Shown: piece after piece, positions 1-11,172 of the stretch
Position numbering within the stretch: position 1 is the stretch's first letter
Layout: each line of letters opens with the position of its first letter
Assembly: GCA_028291885.1 (NCBI GenBank)
Contig: JAQGNJ010000300.1
Coordinates: forward strand, 1-61,991
DNA: 61,991 nucleotides
Source: Ramlibacter sp.
GTDB taxonomy: Bacteria > Pseudomonadota > Gammaproteobacteria > Burkholderiales > Burkholderiaceae_C
Direction: 5' to 3'
Translations under genes and position numbers: made by a program
Notes under the pieces: generated by a model
Database searches by the model: none
Told to the model about the DNA's origin: nothing
Seen by the model: the letters and a program-made list of their open reading frames with translations, nothing else

Positions 1-3000
1 GACCGCGGTGACCGTGACGCTGACGTTGGCGGTTTCGGTGACGCCACCTGACGTCACCGTGTAGGTGAAGACCGGAACTGCGCCGTTGTAGTTGGCGGTC
101 GGCGTGAAGATCAGCTGGCCCGAAGCATTCAGCGCCACGCTGCCGTCGGTCACCGCGACCGAGGCGCCGCCAGCGACGATCGCGCTGCCGTTGACTGCGG
201 TGATCGTGCGGCCGGCGTTCTCGAAGCTGTCGTTGGTGAGGACGCCGATAGTCACTGCCGTGTCTTCGGCCGTGGTCGCCACGTCGTCGGCGATGTCGGC
301 CACCGCGTTCACCGTGATGCCGACGGTGTCGGTATCGCTCAGGCTGGTGTCGCTGGTGACCAGGGTCAGCGTCGCCGCGCCGTTGTAGTCGGCAGTGTTC
401 GTGTAGGTCAGCCCAGCCAGCGCCGCATTGATCTGCGCCGCCGTCCCGCCGACGGTGACGCTGCCCGTTCCGTTGTTGGTGATGGTTGCGCCGCCGCCTG
501 TAGTGACGTTCAGGACGCCGTTGGTGACGCTGACCGTGCTGGTCAGGGCCCCGCCGTCGACATCGGCGACGCTGACACCGCCGATTGCCAGCGGAGTGTC
601 TTCGGCCGTGCTTTGCGCTGCCCCTGGCACCGTGTTCACCGGCGCGTCGTTGACTGCCGTCACCGTGACGCTCACGTTGGCGGTTTCGCTCACACCACCA
701 GAAGTCACCGTGTATGTGAAGACAGGGACCACGCCGTTGAAATTGGCGGTCGGCGTGAAGATCAGCTGGCCACCGGCGTTCAGCGCCACGCTGCCGTTGG
801 TCACGGCCACCGAAGCGCCGCCCGCCACGATCGCCGTGCCGTTCACCGCGGTGATGGTGCGGCCGGCGTTCTTAAACGTGTCGTTGCTCAGGACGGCGAT
901 GGTCACTGCCGTGTCTTCGGCCGTGGTCGCCACGTCGTCTGCAATGTCGGCAACCGCGTTCACCGTGATGGCAACCGTGTCGGTGTCGCTCAGGCTGCCG
1001 TCCGTGGTGAGGACGGTCAGCGTGGCGGCGCCGTTGTAATCATCGGTGTTGGTGTAGGTCAGGCCCGCCAGCGCGGCGTTGATCTGCGCAGCCGTGCCGG
1101 CGACGGTGATGCTGCCCGTGCCGTTGTTGGTGATGGTCGCGCCGCCGCCCGTGGTGACGTTCAGGATGCCGTTGGTGACGCTCACCGTGCTGGTCAGGGT
1201 CCCGCCGTCGACATCAGCGACCGTGACGCCCGGAATCGCCAGGGGAGTGTCTTCGGCTGTCGCTTGCGCGCCAGGCACCGTGTTGACGGGCGCGTCGTTG
1301 ACCGCGGTGACCGTGACGCTGACGTTGGCGGTTTCGGTGACGCCACCTGACGTCACCGTGTAGGTGAAGACCGGAACTGCGCCGTTGAAGTTGGCGGTCG
1401 GCGTGAAGATCAGCTGGCCCGAAGCATTCAGCGCCACGCTGCCGTTGGTCACGGCCACCGAGGCGCCGCCAGCGACGATCGCCGTCCCGTTCACCGCCGT
1501 GATGGTGCGGCCGGCGTTCTCGAAGCTGTCGTTGGTGAGGACGGCGATGGTCGCTGCCGTATCTTCGGCCGTGGTCGCCACGTCGTCTGCAATGTCGGCA
1601 ACCGCATTGACGGTGATCGCCACGGTATCGGTGTCACCCAAGCTGCCGTCGGTCGTCACCAGCGTCAGGGTCGCCGCGCCGTTGTAGTCGGCGGTGTTCG
1701 TGTAGGTCAGACCGGCCAGGGCGGCATTGATTTGCGCCGCCGTCCCGCCGACGGTGACGCTGCCCGTGCCGTTGTTGGTGACGGTCGCGCCGCCGCCTGC
1801 AGTGACGTTCAGGATACCGCTCGTCACACTGACCGTGCTGGTCAAAGAGCCGCTGTCGACATCGGCGACGCTGACGCCGCCGATCGCCAGCGGAGTGTCT
1901 TCCCCGGTGACCTGCGCGCCGGGCACGGTATTCACTGGGGCATCGTTCACCGCGGTGACCGTGACGCTAACGTTGGCCGTTTCGGTGACGCCGCCCGACG
2001 TCACTGTGTAGGTGAAGACCGGAACCGCGCCGTTGAAGTTGGCGGTCGGCGTGAAGATCAGCTGGCCGCCGGCGTTCAGCGCCACGCTGCCATTGGTCAC
2101 GGCCACCGAGGCGCCGCCAGCGACGATGGCGCTGCCGTTCACCGCCGTGATGATGCGGCCGGCATTCTCGAAGCTGTCGTTGGTGAGGACGGCGATGGTC
2201 ACTGCCGTGTCTTCGGCCGTGGTCGCCACGTCGTCGGCAATGTCGGCAACCGCGTTGACCGTGATGCCGATGGTGTCGGTGTCGCTCAGGCTGTCGTCGC
2301 TGGTGACGACAGTCAGTGTCGCCGCGCCGTTGTAATCGGCAGTGTTGGTGTAGGTCAGGCCCGCAAGCGCCGCATTGATCTGCGCCGCCGTGCCGGCGAC
2401 CATGACGCTGCCCGTGCCGTTGTTGGTGATGGTCGCACCGCCACCGGTGGTGACGTTCAGGATGCCGTTGGTGACGCTCACCGTGCTGGTCAGCGCGCCG
2501 CTGTCGATGTCAGCGACGGTGACGCCCGAGATGGCCAGCGGCGTGTCCTCGGCCGTGCTTTGCGCTGCCCCTGGCACCGTGTTCACCGGCGCGTCGTTGA
2601 CGGCGGTCACCGTGACGTTCACGTTGGCCGTTTCCGTCACTCCGCCCGAGGTCACCGTGTATGTGAACACGGGCACGGCGCCATTGAAGTTGGCCGCCGG
2701 CGTGAAGACCAGCTGGCCGCCGGCGTTCAGCGCCACGCTGCCGTTGGTCACGGCCACCGAGGCACCGCCGGCAACGATCGCCGTCCCGTTGACTGCCGTG
2801 ATCGTCCGGCCCACGTTCTCGAAGGAGTCGTTGCCCAGTACGTTGATCGTAGCGGCCGTGTCTTCGGCCGTGGTCGCCACGTCGTCGGCAATGTCGGCGA
2901 CGGCGTTGACCGTGATGCCGACCGTGTCGCTGTCGCTGGAACCGGCCTTGTCGGTGGACAGCACCGTCAGCGTCGCGGCGCCGTTGAAGTCGGCCGTCGG

Positions 3001-3250
3001 GGCGAAGCTCACCGATGTCAGCGCCGAGTTGATCTGCGCCTGGGTCCCCGACAGCGTCAGGGTCGACGACCCGTTGGCGCCGGCGCTGATGGTGGCGCCG
3101 CCGGTCAGCGAAACCGTCAGGCTGCCATTGGTCACCGTCAGCCGGGTGGTGCCGATGTTGCCGTCCGGGTCGCTGACCGCGAGGCCCGCGATGGTCAGCG
3201 CTGCGTCCTCCGCGACCGTCTGGGCGGCGGGGACCGTGTTGACCGGGACT
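1..3250 (-). repeat. Tandem coding repeats of about 648-651 bp (about 216 aa, two alternating Ig/cadherin-like modules), about 5 copies visible
   Basis: Near-identical blocks recur; shadow ORFs start at 428/1079/1727/2375 and end at 388/1039/1687/2335. Confidence 0.9.
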
Positions 3251-5520
3251 CGGTTGTTGACCCCGAAGTCGATGTTCAACAGGTTCTGGGCGATGGCGGA
3301 GTTCGTCGCGGACGTCGTCACGTCGGCCGTCGCATTCAGCGGGCCGGCCGTGGTATATGCGGCGCTGCCAAGGACGGCGCCGGTGTCCGTCACCCTGACG
3401 ATGTAGTTGCCCGGCAGCACGTTGGTGAACAGGTAGGCGCCGCTGGCACTGGTCGTGTCCGTCGCCAGGATCCGATCGCCTGCGTTCACGACGCCGTTGT
3501 TGTTGACGTCGTCCACCAGCTGCACGGTGACGCCGGCGATTCCGACGTCGCCGGCGTCGAACACGGCGTTGGAATTGTTGTCGTCGAAGATGACGTCGCC
3601 GATGGAGGACGTAGGCGGCGTCCAGCCGGCAGCGTCGGTCAGCGCGGCCAGTGCGGTGGTGCCGTTGGTGGTGATGGTCACGGCAGCGCCGATGGAGGCG
3701 CCCGTCAACCGGTTGTATTCCTGGATCGTCGTGGACAGGCGGTAGGTGTTGCCGCTGGCGCTTTCGCCGGCCTGGTTGCCGGCGTTGGGAATGGCCGTGG
3801 ATGGCGTCACGACCGCGCCGGTCAAGGCGTTGTAGCGGGTCAGCGTGTTGCCGCTGATGCTCTGGATGGTGTTGTTCGCGACGTCGTAGCCCAGGTCGCC
3901 CCAGTCGGTGCCGGTGATCGGGCTGACCAGCCTGGCGATCGTGGTGATTGCACGCCCGCCGGCGGCGAAGGAAATCCTGTAGATCGTGTCGTCGGTCGCT
4001 GCGCCGGTACCGGCGACGGCGCCGTTGCTTTCGACGCCGAGATACAGGGTGCCATTCGCAAACGTGGCGGAACCGCCCCCAACCCCGACGTTACCGACCG
4101 TGATGCTCGCGCCGGCGCCGTTGTTGGTCATGTTGGCGTCGATCAGGATGTGCCTTGCGGCATCGGCGATTCCGACGGTACGGTAGTCGTAGGCGAACAA
4201 GGCCGCGTTGCCGGCGACCGTTTCGCTGTCGCAGTAATAGATCAGGCCGTTGACCTGGTCCACCGCAAGCGAATTGATCGTCCCGCTCATGGCCACGCCG
4301 CCCACCGTGCCCGGAACCGTCGTCACCAGCGTGGCCTTGCCGGTCAGGATGTCGATGCTGTAGATCGAGTTTCCGGTGGCTCCCAGCAACGCGCCGCTGC
4401 CGTTGGCGGCGGCGACGTTGAGCATGCCGTTCCAGTCGGCTGCAGTGACGGACAGTGTCTCGATCGCTCCGGTGCTGCTCTCCAGCGTCCAGTTGCCGCC
4501 GAGCGCGGTGGCGCCGGTGTCGTCGGTGGATGCCTGCACATCCGCGCCGGTCGCCGCAGCCAGCGCGGCCGTGAACGCCTGCCCGGCCTCGCCCTCCCCA
4601 ACCTGGCAGCCGTACACCAGGATGTCGCCGTCGCTGGCCAGAGCCGCCCCGATCACGGCCATGTCGGCCGCGTAGGCCTGCGAGATGCCTTGCGCCGTCA
4701 GTGTCGTGCTGCCCAGGAGCAGCTGGCCCGCATCGCCGTGGCTGACGATGTGGATCGCCGAGATGTCGGTGCGTCCCTGCAGCGCTGCCGCGATCTGGTC
4801 GACGCCGTCACGCCCGGCCTGGAGGGTCACGACCTCGGCGTTCTTGCCGACGAGATAGGGCTGGATGTCCGCGACCGCCGCGTCGACGAAGATGATCTCG
4901 ACCCGCGGCGCGACCGGCGCCACACCGGATAACAACGGCGCCGGATCGCGGCCGGCGGCAACGTCGGCGCCGGTCAACCGCGCCAGGTCGCGCACGAAAC
5001 TGTCGCCGACACCGGTGGTGGCAACGTTGCTGCCATAGAGAACCACGTGGGCATCGGCCGTGAGCCACTGCTGCATGGCGCCGAGTTCGGCGGCCCGGCG
5101 GTCCAGTTGTGCTTCGTCGAGGACGGCAGCCCCCAGGGTGATGGAACCCGGCGCGCCGGTGCTAACGATGTGCAGGGCGCCGACCGGTCGGCCGGCATTC
5201 GCCAGCGCCTGGCCGATCTGCTCCAGGCCGTCGCGCTGCCGGTCGAGCAGCAGGACGTTCATTCCGGGACGGGCGTTGGCGACGAGTTGCGCCGCATCGG
5301 GGACGCGAGAATCGACGATCAGCCATTCGGCGGGAGCCGGGGCCGCGGCGGGCGCTTCCACCGCTGCGGGGAGCGCGAACCGGGAGATGTCGGGCGCATC
5401 AGCCGTCGCGTGCGAGTCGGCGGGCTTGGGGATTGCGGCAGTCGTGTCGGCGAGCGCGCCGTCGAAGAGGACGCGCGGCTCCAGAGCCAACAACCGGCTT
5501 CTCGACCGCCGCTTCGTCAT
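1..5520 (-). CDS. Giant repetitive adhesin, 3' end outside window: LEPR-xLL N-terminal motif, two DUF4347-like domains, propeller-like region, SdrD-B-like domain, tandem cadherin/Ig-like repeats
   Basis: Manual translation from ATG at 5520 gives MTKRRSRSRLLALEPRVLFDG..., IHIVSHGDAGQLLLG, SIGDVIFDDNNSNAVFDAGDVGIAGVTVQL and repeated VNDAPVNTVP..AEDT..FNGA..FTYTV. The frame is continuous to position 1. It is absent from the ORF track because it has no stop in the window. Confidence 0.92.
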   Translation of the reverse strand, partial: MTKRRSRSRLLALEPRVLFDGALADTTAAIPKPADSHATADAPDISRFALPAAVEAPAAAPAPAEWLIVDSRVPDAAQLVANARPGMNVLLLDRQRDGLEQIGQALANAGRPVGALHIVSTGAPGSITLGAAVLDEAQLDRRAAELGAMQQWLTADAHVVLYGSNVATTGVGDSFVRDLARLTGADVAAGRDPAPLLSGVAPVAPRVEIIFVDAAVADIQPYLVGKNAEVVTLQAGRDGVDQIAAALQGRTDISAIHIVSHGDAGQLLLGSTTLTAQGISQAYAADMAVIGAALASDGDILVYGCQVGEGEAGQAFTAALAAATGADVQASTDDTGATALGGNWTLESSTGAIETLSVTAADWNGMLNVAAANGSGALLGATGNSIYSIDILTGKATLVTTVPGTVGGVAMSGTINSLAVDQVNGLIYYCDSETVAGNAALFAYDYRTVGIADAARHILIDANMTNNGAGASITVGNVGVGGGSATFANGTLYLGVESNGAVAGTGAATDDTIYRISFAAGGRAITTIARLVSPITGTDWGDLGYDVANNTIQSISGNTLTRYNALTGAVVTPSTAIPNAGNQAGESASGNTYRLSTTIQEYNRLTGASIGAAVTITTNGTTALAALTDAAGWTPPTSSIGDVIFDDNNSNAVFDAGDVGIAGVTVQLVDDVNNNGVVNAGDRILATDTTSASGAYLFTNVLPGNYIVRVTDTGAVLGSAAYTTAGPLNATADVTTSATNSAIAQNLLNIDFGVNNRVPVNTVPAAQTVAEDAALTIAGLAVSDPDGNIGTTRLTVTNGSLTVSLTGGATISAGANGSSTLTLSGTQAQINSALTSVSFAPTADFNGAATLTVLSTDKAGSSDSDTVGITVNAVADIADDVATTAEDTAATINVLGNDSFENVGRTITAVNGTAIVAGGASVAVTNGSVALNAGGQLVFTPAANFNGAVPVFTYTVTSGGVTETANVNVTVTAVNDAPVNTVPGAAQSTAEDTPLAISGVTVADIDSGALTSTVSVTNGILNVTTGGGATITNNGTGSVMVAGTAAQINAALAGLTYTNTADYNGAATLTVVTSDDSLSDTDTIGITVNAVADIADDVATTAEDTAVTIAVLTNDSFENAGRIITAVNGSAIVAGGASVAVTNGSVALNAGGQLIFTPTANFNGAVPVFTYTVTSGGVTETANVSVTVTAVNDAPVNTVPGAQVTGEDTPLAIGGVSVADVDSGSLTSTVSVTSGILNVTAGGGATVTNNGTGSVTVGGTAAQINAALAGLTYTNTADYNGAATLTLVTTDGSLGDTDTVAITVNAVADIADDVATTAEDTAATIAVLTNDSFENAGRTITAVNGTAIVAGGASVAVTNGSVALNASGQLIFTPTANFNGAVPVFTYTVTSGGVTETANVSVTVTAVNDAPVNTVPGAQATAEDTPLAIPGVTVADVDGGTLTSTVSVTNGILNVTTGGGATITNNGTGSITVAGTAAQINAALAGLTYTNTDDYNGAATLTVLTTDGSLSDTDTVAITVNAVADIADDVATTAEDTAVTIAVLSNDTFKNAGRTITAVNGTAIVAGGASVAVTNGSVALNAGGQLIFTPTANFNGVVPVFTYTVTSGGVSETANVSVTVTAVNDAPVNTVPGAAQSTAEDTPLAIGGVSVADVDGGALTSTVSVTNGVLNVTTGGGATITNNGTGSVTVGGTAAQINAALAGLTYTNTADYNGAATLTLVTSDTSLSDTDTVGITVNAVADIADDVATTAEDTAVTIGVLTNDSFENAGRTITAVNGSAIVAGGASVAVTDGSVALNASGQLIFTPTANYNGAVPVFTYTVTSGGVTETANVSVTVTAV

Positions 5521-5850
5521 ACCCACCCCGCTCTCTGATCGGGTGCCCCGTGCGCACCTCTGGCTTACTTAATGTTACCTAGCAGCCTCCACTCTACCTG
5601 AAACAAGGTAGTTGTTGCTAAATGTTTCAGAGCCTTTTTCGAGCGCAGGCCCAAAAAAACTCCTGAGTGTGTGATTTACGCGACCGCCAAGCGGCACTGG
5701 CCGGCCTCGCGCCGTGATCAGTGCTCCTTGAAGCCTCGAACCGAAACTCCCCTGGAGGGTTTCGTCCGACAAGCTGCAGGGAAAACGGCCCGACGGCCGT
5801 CAAGCGGCGTTCCTACACCGGCCAAACGGTGCGTGCGCACCATACGTGAC

Positions 5851-6000
5851 ATGAAAATTCTCAACTTCATCCATGTCATGGTCGCCCGGGCCTTCTACAG
5901 CTGGGCGATGAAAGAGATCAACCCGATGCATCCCGACGTTCCGCGCATCATGCAAAGGCAACGGGAACTGGAAGACAAGGCTCAACGGATATTCGCCTAG
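5851..6000 (+). CDS. Small hypothetical protein (49 aa)
   Basis: MKILNFIHVMVARAFYSWAMKEINPMHPDVPRIMQRQRELEDKAQRIFA; coding-like codon usage; promoter-like motif directly upstream. Confidence 0.65.
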   Translation: MKILNFIHVMVARAFYSWAMKEINPMHPDVPRIMQRQRELEDKAQRIFA

Positions 6001-6065
6001 GCAGCGCTGCAGGACGGCGCAGCGACCACAATCGGGGTGACGATGTTCTCCCTGGCTGCGCATTC

Positions 6066-6809
6066 ATGAACCTGCCCTGGCTCGACCCCGGCGACCCCTT
6101 CCCTCCTGCTGCACGCGCCTGGAAAGCCAATCAGCCCGCACCGGGCCTGCTGGCCGCGGGAGGTGCGCTGGACGTCGCGACGCTGGAGCGCGCTTATTCC
6201 GCAGGCATCTTCCCCTGGTTCAGCGAAGGCCAGCCGATCCTCTGGTGGAGCACCGACCCGCGCATGGTGCTGTTGGCCGCGGAGTTCAGGCTGCACCGGT
6301 CGCTGCGAAAGACGCTTGCGCGGTTCATCGCCGACCCGCGCTGCGAAATCCGGATCGACAGCGCGTTCGGCACGGTGATCGAGGCCTGCGCCGGCAGCGA
6401 TCGGCCCGGCCAGGCGGGTACCTGGATCGTCCCGGCGATGGTCGATGCCTACAGGGAATTCCACGCCGCCGGCTTCGCGCACAGCGTCGAAACATGGATC
6501 GACGGTGAACTGGCCGGCGGCCTTTACTGCGTCGGCGTCGGGCAGGCGGTGTTCGGCGAATCGATGTTCACGCGCGTGCCGGACGCATCGAAGATCGCGC
6601 TCGCGGCGCTGGTCGCTTTCTGCCGCAACGCCGGGATCGCACTGATCGATTGCCAGCAGAACACCCAGCATCTGGCGTCGCTGGGTGCAAGGGAAATCCG
6701 CCGCTCCGACTTTGTCGGGGCGGTTTCCCAGAACGTGCGCAAGCCCCCTCCTCGCTGGCGTTTCGAGCCCGTATACTGGCGTGAACTTCTGCCGCGTGAG
6801 CCAGCGTGA
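6066..6809 (+). CDS. aat: Leucyl/phenylalanyl-tRNA--protein transferase
   Basis: [50 protein letters not shown] motifs. Confidence 0.97.
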   Translation: MNLPWLDPGDPFPPAARAWKANQPAPGLLAAGGALDVATLERAYSAGIFPWFSEGQPILWWSTDPRMVLLAAEFRLHRSLRKTLARFIADPRCEIRIDSAFGTVIEACAGSDRPGQAGTWIVPAMVDAYREFHAAGFAHSVETWIDGELAGGLYCVGVGQAVFGESMFTRVPDASKIALAALVAFCRNAGIALIDCQQNTQHLASLGAREIRRSDFVGAVSQNVRKPPPRWRFEPVYWRELLPREPA

Positions 6810-7543
6810 CGCACCTCAAGGACCTTCCGCTCCAGACTCTGCAGTTCTATGCGACGGCGCCCTACCCGTGCAGCTACCTGCCCGGTCGGCAGGCGCGTTC
6901 GCAGGTGGCGACCCCCAGCCACCTCATTCACAACGACGCCTACTCGGACCTGGTGACCAGCGGCTTTCGCCGCAGCGGCATGTTCACGTACCGGCCCTAC
7001 TGCGACGGTTGCCGCGCCTGCGTGCCGCTGCGGGTCCTGACGGCGCACTTCAAGCCCGACCGCAGCCAGCGCCGCGCGTGGACGCGGCACCAGAATCTGC
7101 AGGCGCGCGTGCTCAAGCTGTGCTTCGTCCCCGAGCACTACCATCTCTACCTGCGCTACCAGACCGGCCGGCATGCGGGCGGCGGGATGGACCACGACAG
7201 CATCGACCAGTACACCCAGTTCCTGCTGCAAAGCCGCGTCAACTCCCGGCTCGTCGAATTCCGCGAGACGCTCCCCGACGGGTCGGCCGGGCCGCTGCGC
7301 ATGGTGTCGATCCTCGACGTGCTGAACGACGGCATCTCGGCGGTCTACACCTTCTACGAGCCCGACGCGGCCGCGAGCTATGGCACCTACAGCGTGCTCT
7401 GGCAAATCGACCAGGCCCGCAAGCTGCATCTGCCCCATGTGTACCTGGGCTACTGGATCGCGCAGAGCCCCAAGATGAACTACAAATCCCGTTTCATGCC
7501 GCACGAGATCCTCGCGGACGGACGCTGGACGGTGAAGGGTTAA
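6806..7543 (+). CDS. bpt: Bacterial aminoacyl protein transferase (ATE1-like, Bpt)
   Basis: PCSYLP, GFRRSG..YRPYC..C.AC, SAVYTFY, YLGYWI...KMNYK motifs; overlaps aat by 4 bp. Confidence 0.93.
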   Translation: MTHLKDLPLQTLQFYATAPYPCSYLPGRQARSQVATPSHLIHNDAYSDLVTSGFRRSGMFTYRPYCDGCRACVPLRVLTAHFKPDRSQRRAWTRHQNLQARVLKLCFVPEHYHLYLRYQTGRHAGGGMDHDSIDQYTQFLLQSRVNSRLVEFRETLPDGSAGPLRMVSILDVLNDGISAVYTFYEPDAAASYGTYSVLWQIDQARKLHLPHVYLGYWIAQSPKMNYKSRFMPHEILADGRWTVKG

Positions 7544-7615
7544 GGCAGCAACGCAACCCCGCCGCAGCAGGCGCGAATTTCACAACGTAAAATAAAGGGC
7601 ACTTCACAGGTTCCC

Positions 7616-8404
7616 ATGAGAAAGACCGAGCCCGGCGTCGCCGCCACTCCCACGATCCAGGTCATCGAGCGCATGTTTGCGCTGATCGACGTGCTCGCGT
7701 CGCGCGAGGAGGCCGTTTCACTCAAGGAAATCAGCGAGAAGACGGGCCTGCATCCGTCGACCACGCACCGCATCCTCAACGACCTCGCCACGGGGCGCTT
7801 CGTCGATCGGCCCGAGGCAGGCAGCTACCGGCTCGGCATGCGGCTGCTGGAACTGGGCAACCTCGTCAAGGGCCGGTTGAACGTGCGCGATGCGGCGCTG
7901 CTGCCGATGCGGGAACTGCACAAGCTGATCCAGCAGCCGGTCAACCTGAGCATGCGCCAAGGCGACGAGATCGTGTACATCGAACGCGCCTTCAGCGAGC
8001 GTTCGGGGATGCAGGTGGTGCGCGCCATCGGTGGCCGGGCGCCGCTGCACCTGACGTCGACGGGCAAGCTGTTCCTGGCCGCGGACGATCCGCAGCGGGT
8101 TCGTGCCTACGCAACCCGCACCGGGCTCGCCGGCCACACCCGCAACAGCATCACGCAGTTGCCCTTGCTGGAGCGCGAACTGGCGAAGGCACGCCAGTAC
8201 GGCATCGCCCGGGACAACGAGGAGCTGGAGCTCGGAGTGCGCTGCATGGCGGCCGGGATCTATGACGACCAGAGCAAGTTGATCGCCGGACTCTCGATCT
8301 CGGCGCCGGCCGACCGGCTCGACGAAGGCTGGCTGTCGAAGCTGCAGACCACGGCGAACGAGATCTCCACCGCGCTGGGCCACAAAACAGAAACGGGCCG
8401 CTGA
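7616..8404 (+). CDS. IclR family transcriptional regulator
   Basis: N-terminal HTH (TGLHPSTTHRIL), PLHLTSTGK and DNEELELGVRCMAA. Confidence 0.95.
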   Translation: MRKTEPGVAATPTIQVIERMFALIDVLASREEAVSLKEISEKTGLHPSTTHRILNDLATGRFVDRPEAGSYRLGMRLLELGNLVKGRLNVRDAALLPMRELHKLIQQPVNLSMRQGDEIVYIERAFSERSGMQVVRAIGGRAPLHLTSTGKLFLAADDPQRVRAYATRTGLAGHTRNSITQLPLLERELAKARQYGIARDNEELELGVRCMAAGIYDDQSKLIAGLSISAPADRLDEGWLSKLQTTANEISTALGHKTETGR

Positions 8405-8460
8405 GGCCCGTCTGGATCGCCGGCGCTTGCCACCGGCTCGACCGCCCGGTCCGAAGGACC

Positions 8461-9492
8461 TTAGCCGTTCACCTGCCGGATCACCGTGGCGGCGGGAACG
8501 ATGGCGGGATTGGATTCCACCCACCGGCGCACCCGCTCGGCGTCACCGATGCGGCTCAGTTTGCCGGCCGAGTCCAGGAACACCATGATCAGCTTGCGGC
8601 CGGCGATCTTTACCTGCATCACCAGGCACTGGCCTGCCTCCGAGATGTAGCCGGTCTTCTGCAGGCCGATGTCCCAGTTGCTGTTCTTCACCAGGCGGTT
8701 GGTGTTGTTGTAGCTCAGGGTGCGGTTGCCGACCGCCACCTGGTGGCCCGGCGACGTGGACAGCTCGCGCAGCTTGGGATCGTTGTACGCGGCGCTGACC
8801 AGGCTTGCCAGGTCATGCGCGCTGGATTGGTTGCGGCTGGACAAGCCGGTGGGCTCGACGTAACTCGTGTCCTTCATGCCCAGGGTCCTGGCCTTGGCGT
8901 TCATCAGGCCGACGAAGGTCGACATGCCGCCGGGATAGGTGCGGCCCAGGGCGTGAGCCGCGCGGTTCTCGCTGGACATCAACGCCAAATGCAGCAGTTC
9001 ACCGCGGCTGAGCGAGGTGCCGACGCGCAGGCGCGAGCTGCTGCCTTTTTCGGTGTCGACGTCGTCCTGGGTGATCTCGATCATCTCATCCATCGGCAGC
9101 TTGGCTTCGCTCACGATGAGGCCGGTCATCAGCTTGGTCAGGGAAGCGATCGGCAGCACGGCGGAGTCGTTCTTGCTCAGGAGCACTTCGCGCGGGTCCT
9201 GGTCGATCACCAGGGCAACGCTGGACTTCAGGTCCAGCTGGTCCTGCGTGCTGTGCAGGCCTGCGAGCTGGCCGAAGGAAGGCCGCGCCGGGACCTCGGC
9301 GAGGCGAATGACGGATCGGCGTTTGGCGACGATGAAGGTGCGGTTGACGCGGCGCTTGGCGCTGACCGAGGACTGCTTTTTTTCGACCGTAACGACTTGC
9401 CGCTTCGCGGCCTGGGCCGGGGAGGAGACGAGCGCAAGAGCCACTGCGGAGAATGCAAGGCCCTGGAGAAGTCGGTTGAAAGTTGTGCGCAT
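8461..9492 (-). CDS. pbpG: D-alanyl-D-alanine endopeptidase (PBP7)
   Basis: SxxK (ASLTKLM), SxN (SSEN) and KTG motifs; signal peptide after MRTTF. Confidence 0.92.
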   Translation of the reverse strand: MRTTFNRLLQGLAFSAVALALVSSPAQAAKRQVVTVEKKQSSVSAKRRVNRTFIVAKRRSVIRLAEVPARPSFGQLAGLHSTQDQLDLKSSVALVIDQDPREVLLSKNDSAVLPIASLTKLMTGLIVSEAKLPMDEMIEITQDDVDTEKGSSSRLRVGTSLSRGELLHLALMSSENRAAHALGRTYPGGMSTFVGLMNAKARTLGMKDTSYVEPTGLSSRNQSSAHDLASLVSAAYNDPKLRELSTSPGHQVAVGNRTLSYNNTNRLVKNSNWDIGLQKTGYISEAGQCLVMQVKIAGRKLIMVFLDSAGKLSRIGDAERVRRWVESNPAIVPAATVIRQVNG

Positions 9493-9579
9493 TTGAAAAG
9501 GTGACCTCGACAACATCGACTGACTCCTGTAACGCTGCAGCAGAGCCCGCAGTGTACCTTCAGCTGAAATGTTATGCAA

Positions 9580-9592
9580 GATCAACGACTTA
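9580..9592. promoter_or_regulatory. IHF-like site upstream of pbpG
   Basis: GATCAACGACTTA versus consensus WATCAANNNNTTR (1 mismatch), in an AT-rich intergenic region. Confidence 0.4.
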
Positions 9593-9633
9593 GGAAGTAT
9601 TCCTCAGTTAGCGCCGAAATTATAGAAGTTACA

Positions 9634-11172
9634 TTAGCCCTGTGCCGCGACGCGATCAGCTTTACTTTGTAACTTGTTGAGCGCGCTCAGATAAGCCTTT
9701 GCCGACGCGACCACGATGTCCGGATCGGCGCCGACGCCGTTCACCACGCGGCCGGAATTTTGCAGTCGGACGGTCACTTCGCCCTGGCTTTCGGTCGAAC
9801 CGCTGATCGCGTTGACCGAATACAGCACCATCTCCGCGCCGCTGCGGACATGCGACTCGATGGCCTTGAGCGACGCATCCACCGGGCCGTTGCCGTCGGA
9901 TTCGCCGCGCACTTCCTTGCCCTGGACGGTGAAGACGATCGACGCGTGCGGCCTTTCCCCGGTTTCACTGTGCTGCGAGAGCGAGACGAAGCAGAACTGC
10001 TCGTTGTCGTGCGCAACGCTCTCGTCGCTGACGAGCGCCAGGATGTCCTCGTCGAAGATGTCGCTCTTTCGATCGGCAAGTTCCTTGAAGCGGGCGAAGG
10101 CGGAATTGATGTCGGCTTCGCTTTCCAGCGACACGCCGAGATCCTGCAGTCGCTGCTTGAAGGCATTGCGGCCCGACAGCTTGCCCAGGACGATCTTGTT
10201 GGCGCTCCAGCCCACGTCCTCGGCGCGCATGATCTCGTAGGTGTCGCGGGCCTTCAGCACGCCGTCCTGGTGGATGCCGCTGGCATGCGCGAAGGCGTTG
10301 GCGCCGACCACCGCCTTGTTCGGCTGGACCACGAAGCCGGTTGTCTGGCTGACCATGCGGCTGGCAGCGAGGATGTGCTTGGTGTCGATGTTCAGGTCCA
10401 GGCCGAAGTAATCCCTGCGGGTCTTCACCGCCATCACGATCTCTTCGAGCGAGCAATTGCCGGCACGCTCGCCCAGGCCGTTGATCGTGCATTCGACCTG
10501 GCGCGCCCCGCCGATCTTCACGCCCGCCAGCGAGTTGGCCACCGCCATGCCCAGGTCGTTGTGGCAATGCACGGACCAGACGGCCTTGTCGGAGTTCGGC
10601 ACGCGCTCGCGCAGCGTGCGGATGAAATTGCCATAGAGCTCGGGGACCGCGTAGCCCACCGTATCCGGCACGTTGATGGTGGTCGCGCCCTCGGCGATGA
10701 CGGCCTCGATCACCCGGCACAGGAAATCGACGTCGCTGCGGTAGCCGTCTTCCGGCGAAAACTCGATGTCGCCGCACAAATTGCGCGCGAACCGCACCGA
10801 CAGCCTTGCCTGCTCCAGCACCTGCTCGGGCGACATCCGCAGCTTCTTTTCCATGTGCAGCGCCGACGTCGCGATGAAGGTGTGGATGCGCGCGCGGCTG
10901 GCGGGCTTGAGCGCCTCGGCCGCGCGGGAGATGTCGCGGTCGTTGGCGCGCGACAGCGAGCAGATCGTGGAATCCTTGATGGCGCCCGCAATCAACTGCA
11001 CCGCCTCGAAGTCCCCGTTCGAACTGGCGGCAAAGCCAGCCTCGATCACATCCACCTTGAGGCGCTCGAGCTGGCGCGCGATCCGCAGTTTTTCGTCCTT
11101 CGTCATCGAAGCGCCCGGCGATTGCTCGCCATCGCGCAGGGTCGTGTCGAAAATGATCAGTTGGTCTGCCAT
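9634..11172 (-). CDS. leuA: 2-isopropylmalate synthase, bacterial type
   Basis: [36 protein letters not shown] and C-terminal regulatory domain. Confidence 0.97.
   Translation of the reverse strand: MADQLIIFDTTLRDGEQSPGASMTKDEKLRIARQLERLKVDVIEAGFAASSNGDFEAVQLIAGAIKDSTICSLSRANDRDISRAAEALKPASRARIHTFIATSALHMEKKLRMSPEQVLEQARLSVRFARNLCGDIEFSPEDGYRSDVDFLCRVIEAVIAEGATTINVPDTVGYAVPELYGNFIRTLRERVPNSDKAVWSVHCHNDLGMAVANSLAGVKIGGARQVECTINGLGERAGNCSLEEIVMAVKTRRDYFGLDLNIDTKHILAASRMVSQTTGFVVQPNKAVVGANAFAHASGIHQDGVLKARDTYEIMRAEDVGWSANKIVLGKLSGRNAFKQRLQDLGVSLESEADINSAFARFKELADRKSDIFDEDILALVSDESVAHDNEQFCFVSLSQHSETGERPHASIVFTVQGKEVRGESDGNGPVDASLKAIESHVRSGAEMVLYSVNAISGSTESQGEVTVRLQNSGRVVNGVGADPDIVVASAKAYLSALNKLQSKADRVAAQG

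Noticed and set aside
1-3250. Repeats as a CRISPR or non-coding array
   Set aside because: About 650-bp period, in frame, with synonymous-type variation: protein domain repeats.
92-5572. Repeated plus-strand ORFs, including the 1066-aa ORF 1732..4932
   Set aside because: Antisense shadows of the minus-strand adhesin.
7577-7593. ATTTCAC-AAC-GTAAAAT dyad before iclR
   Set aside because: Plausible autoregulatory site but single and imperfect; too little support.
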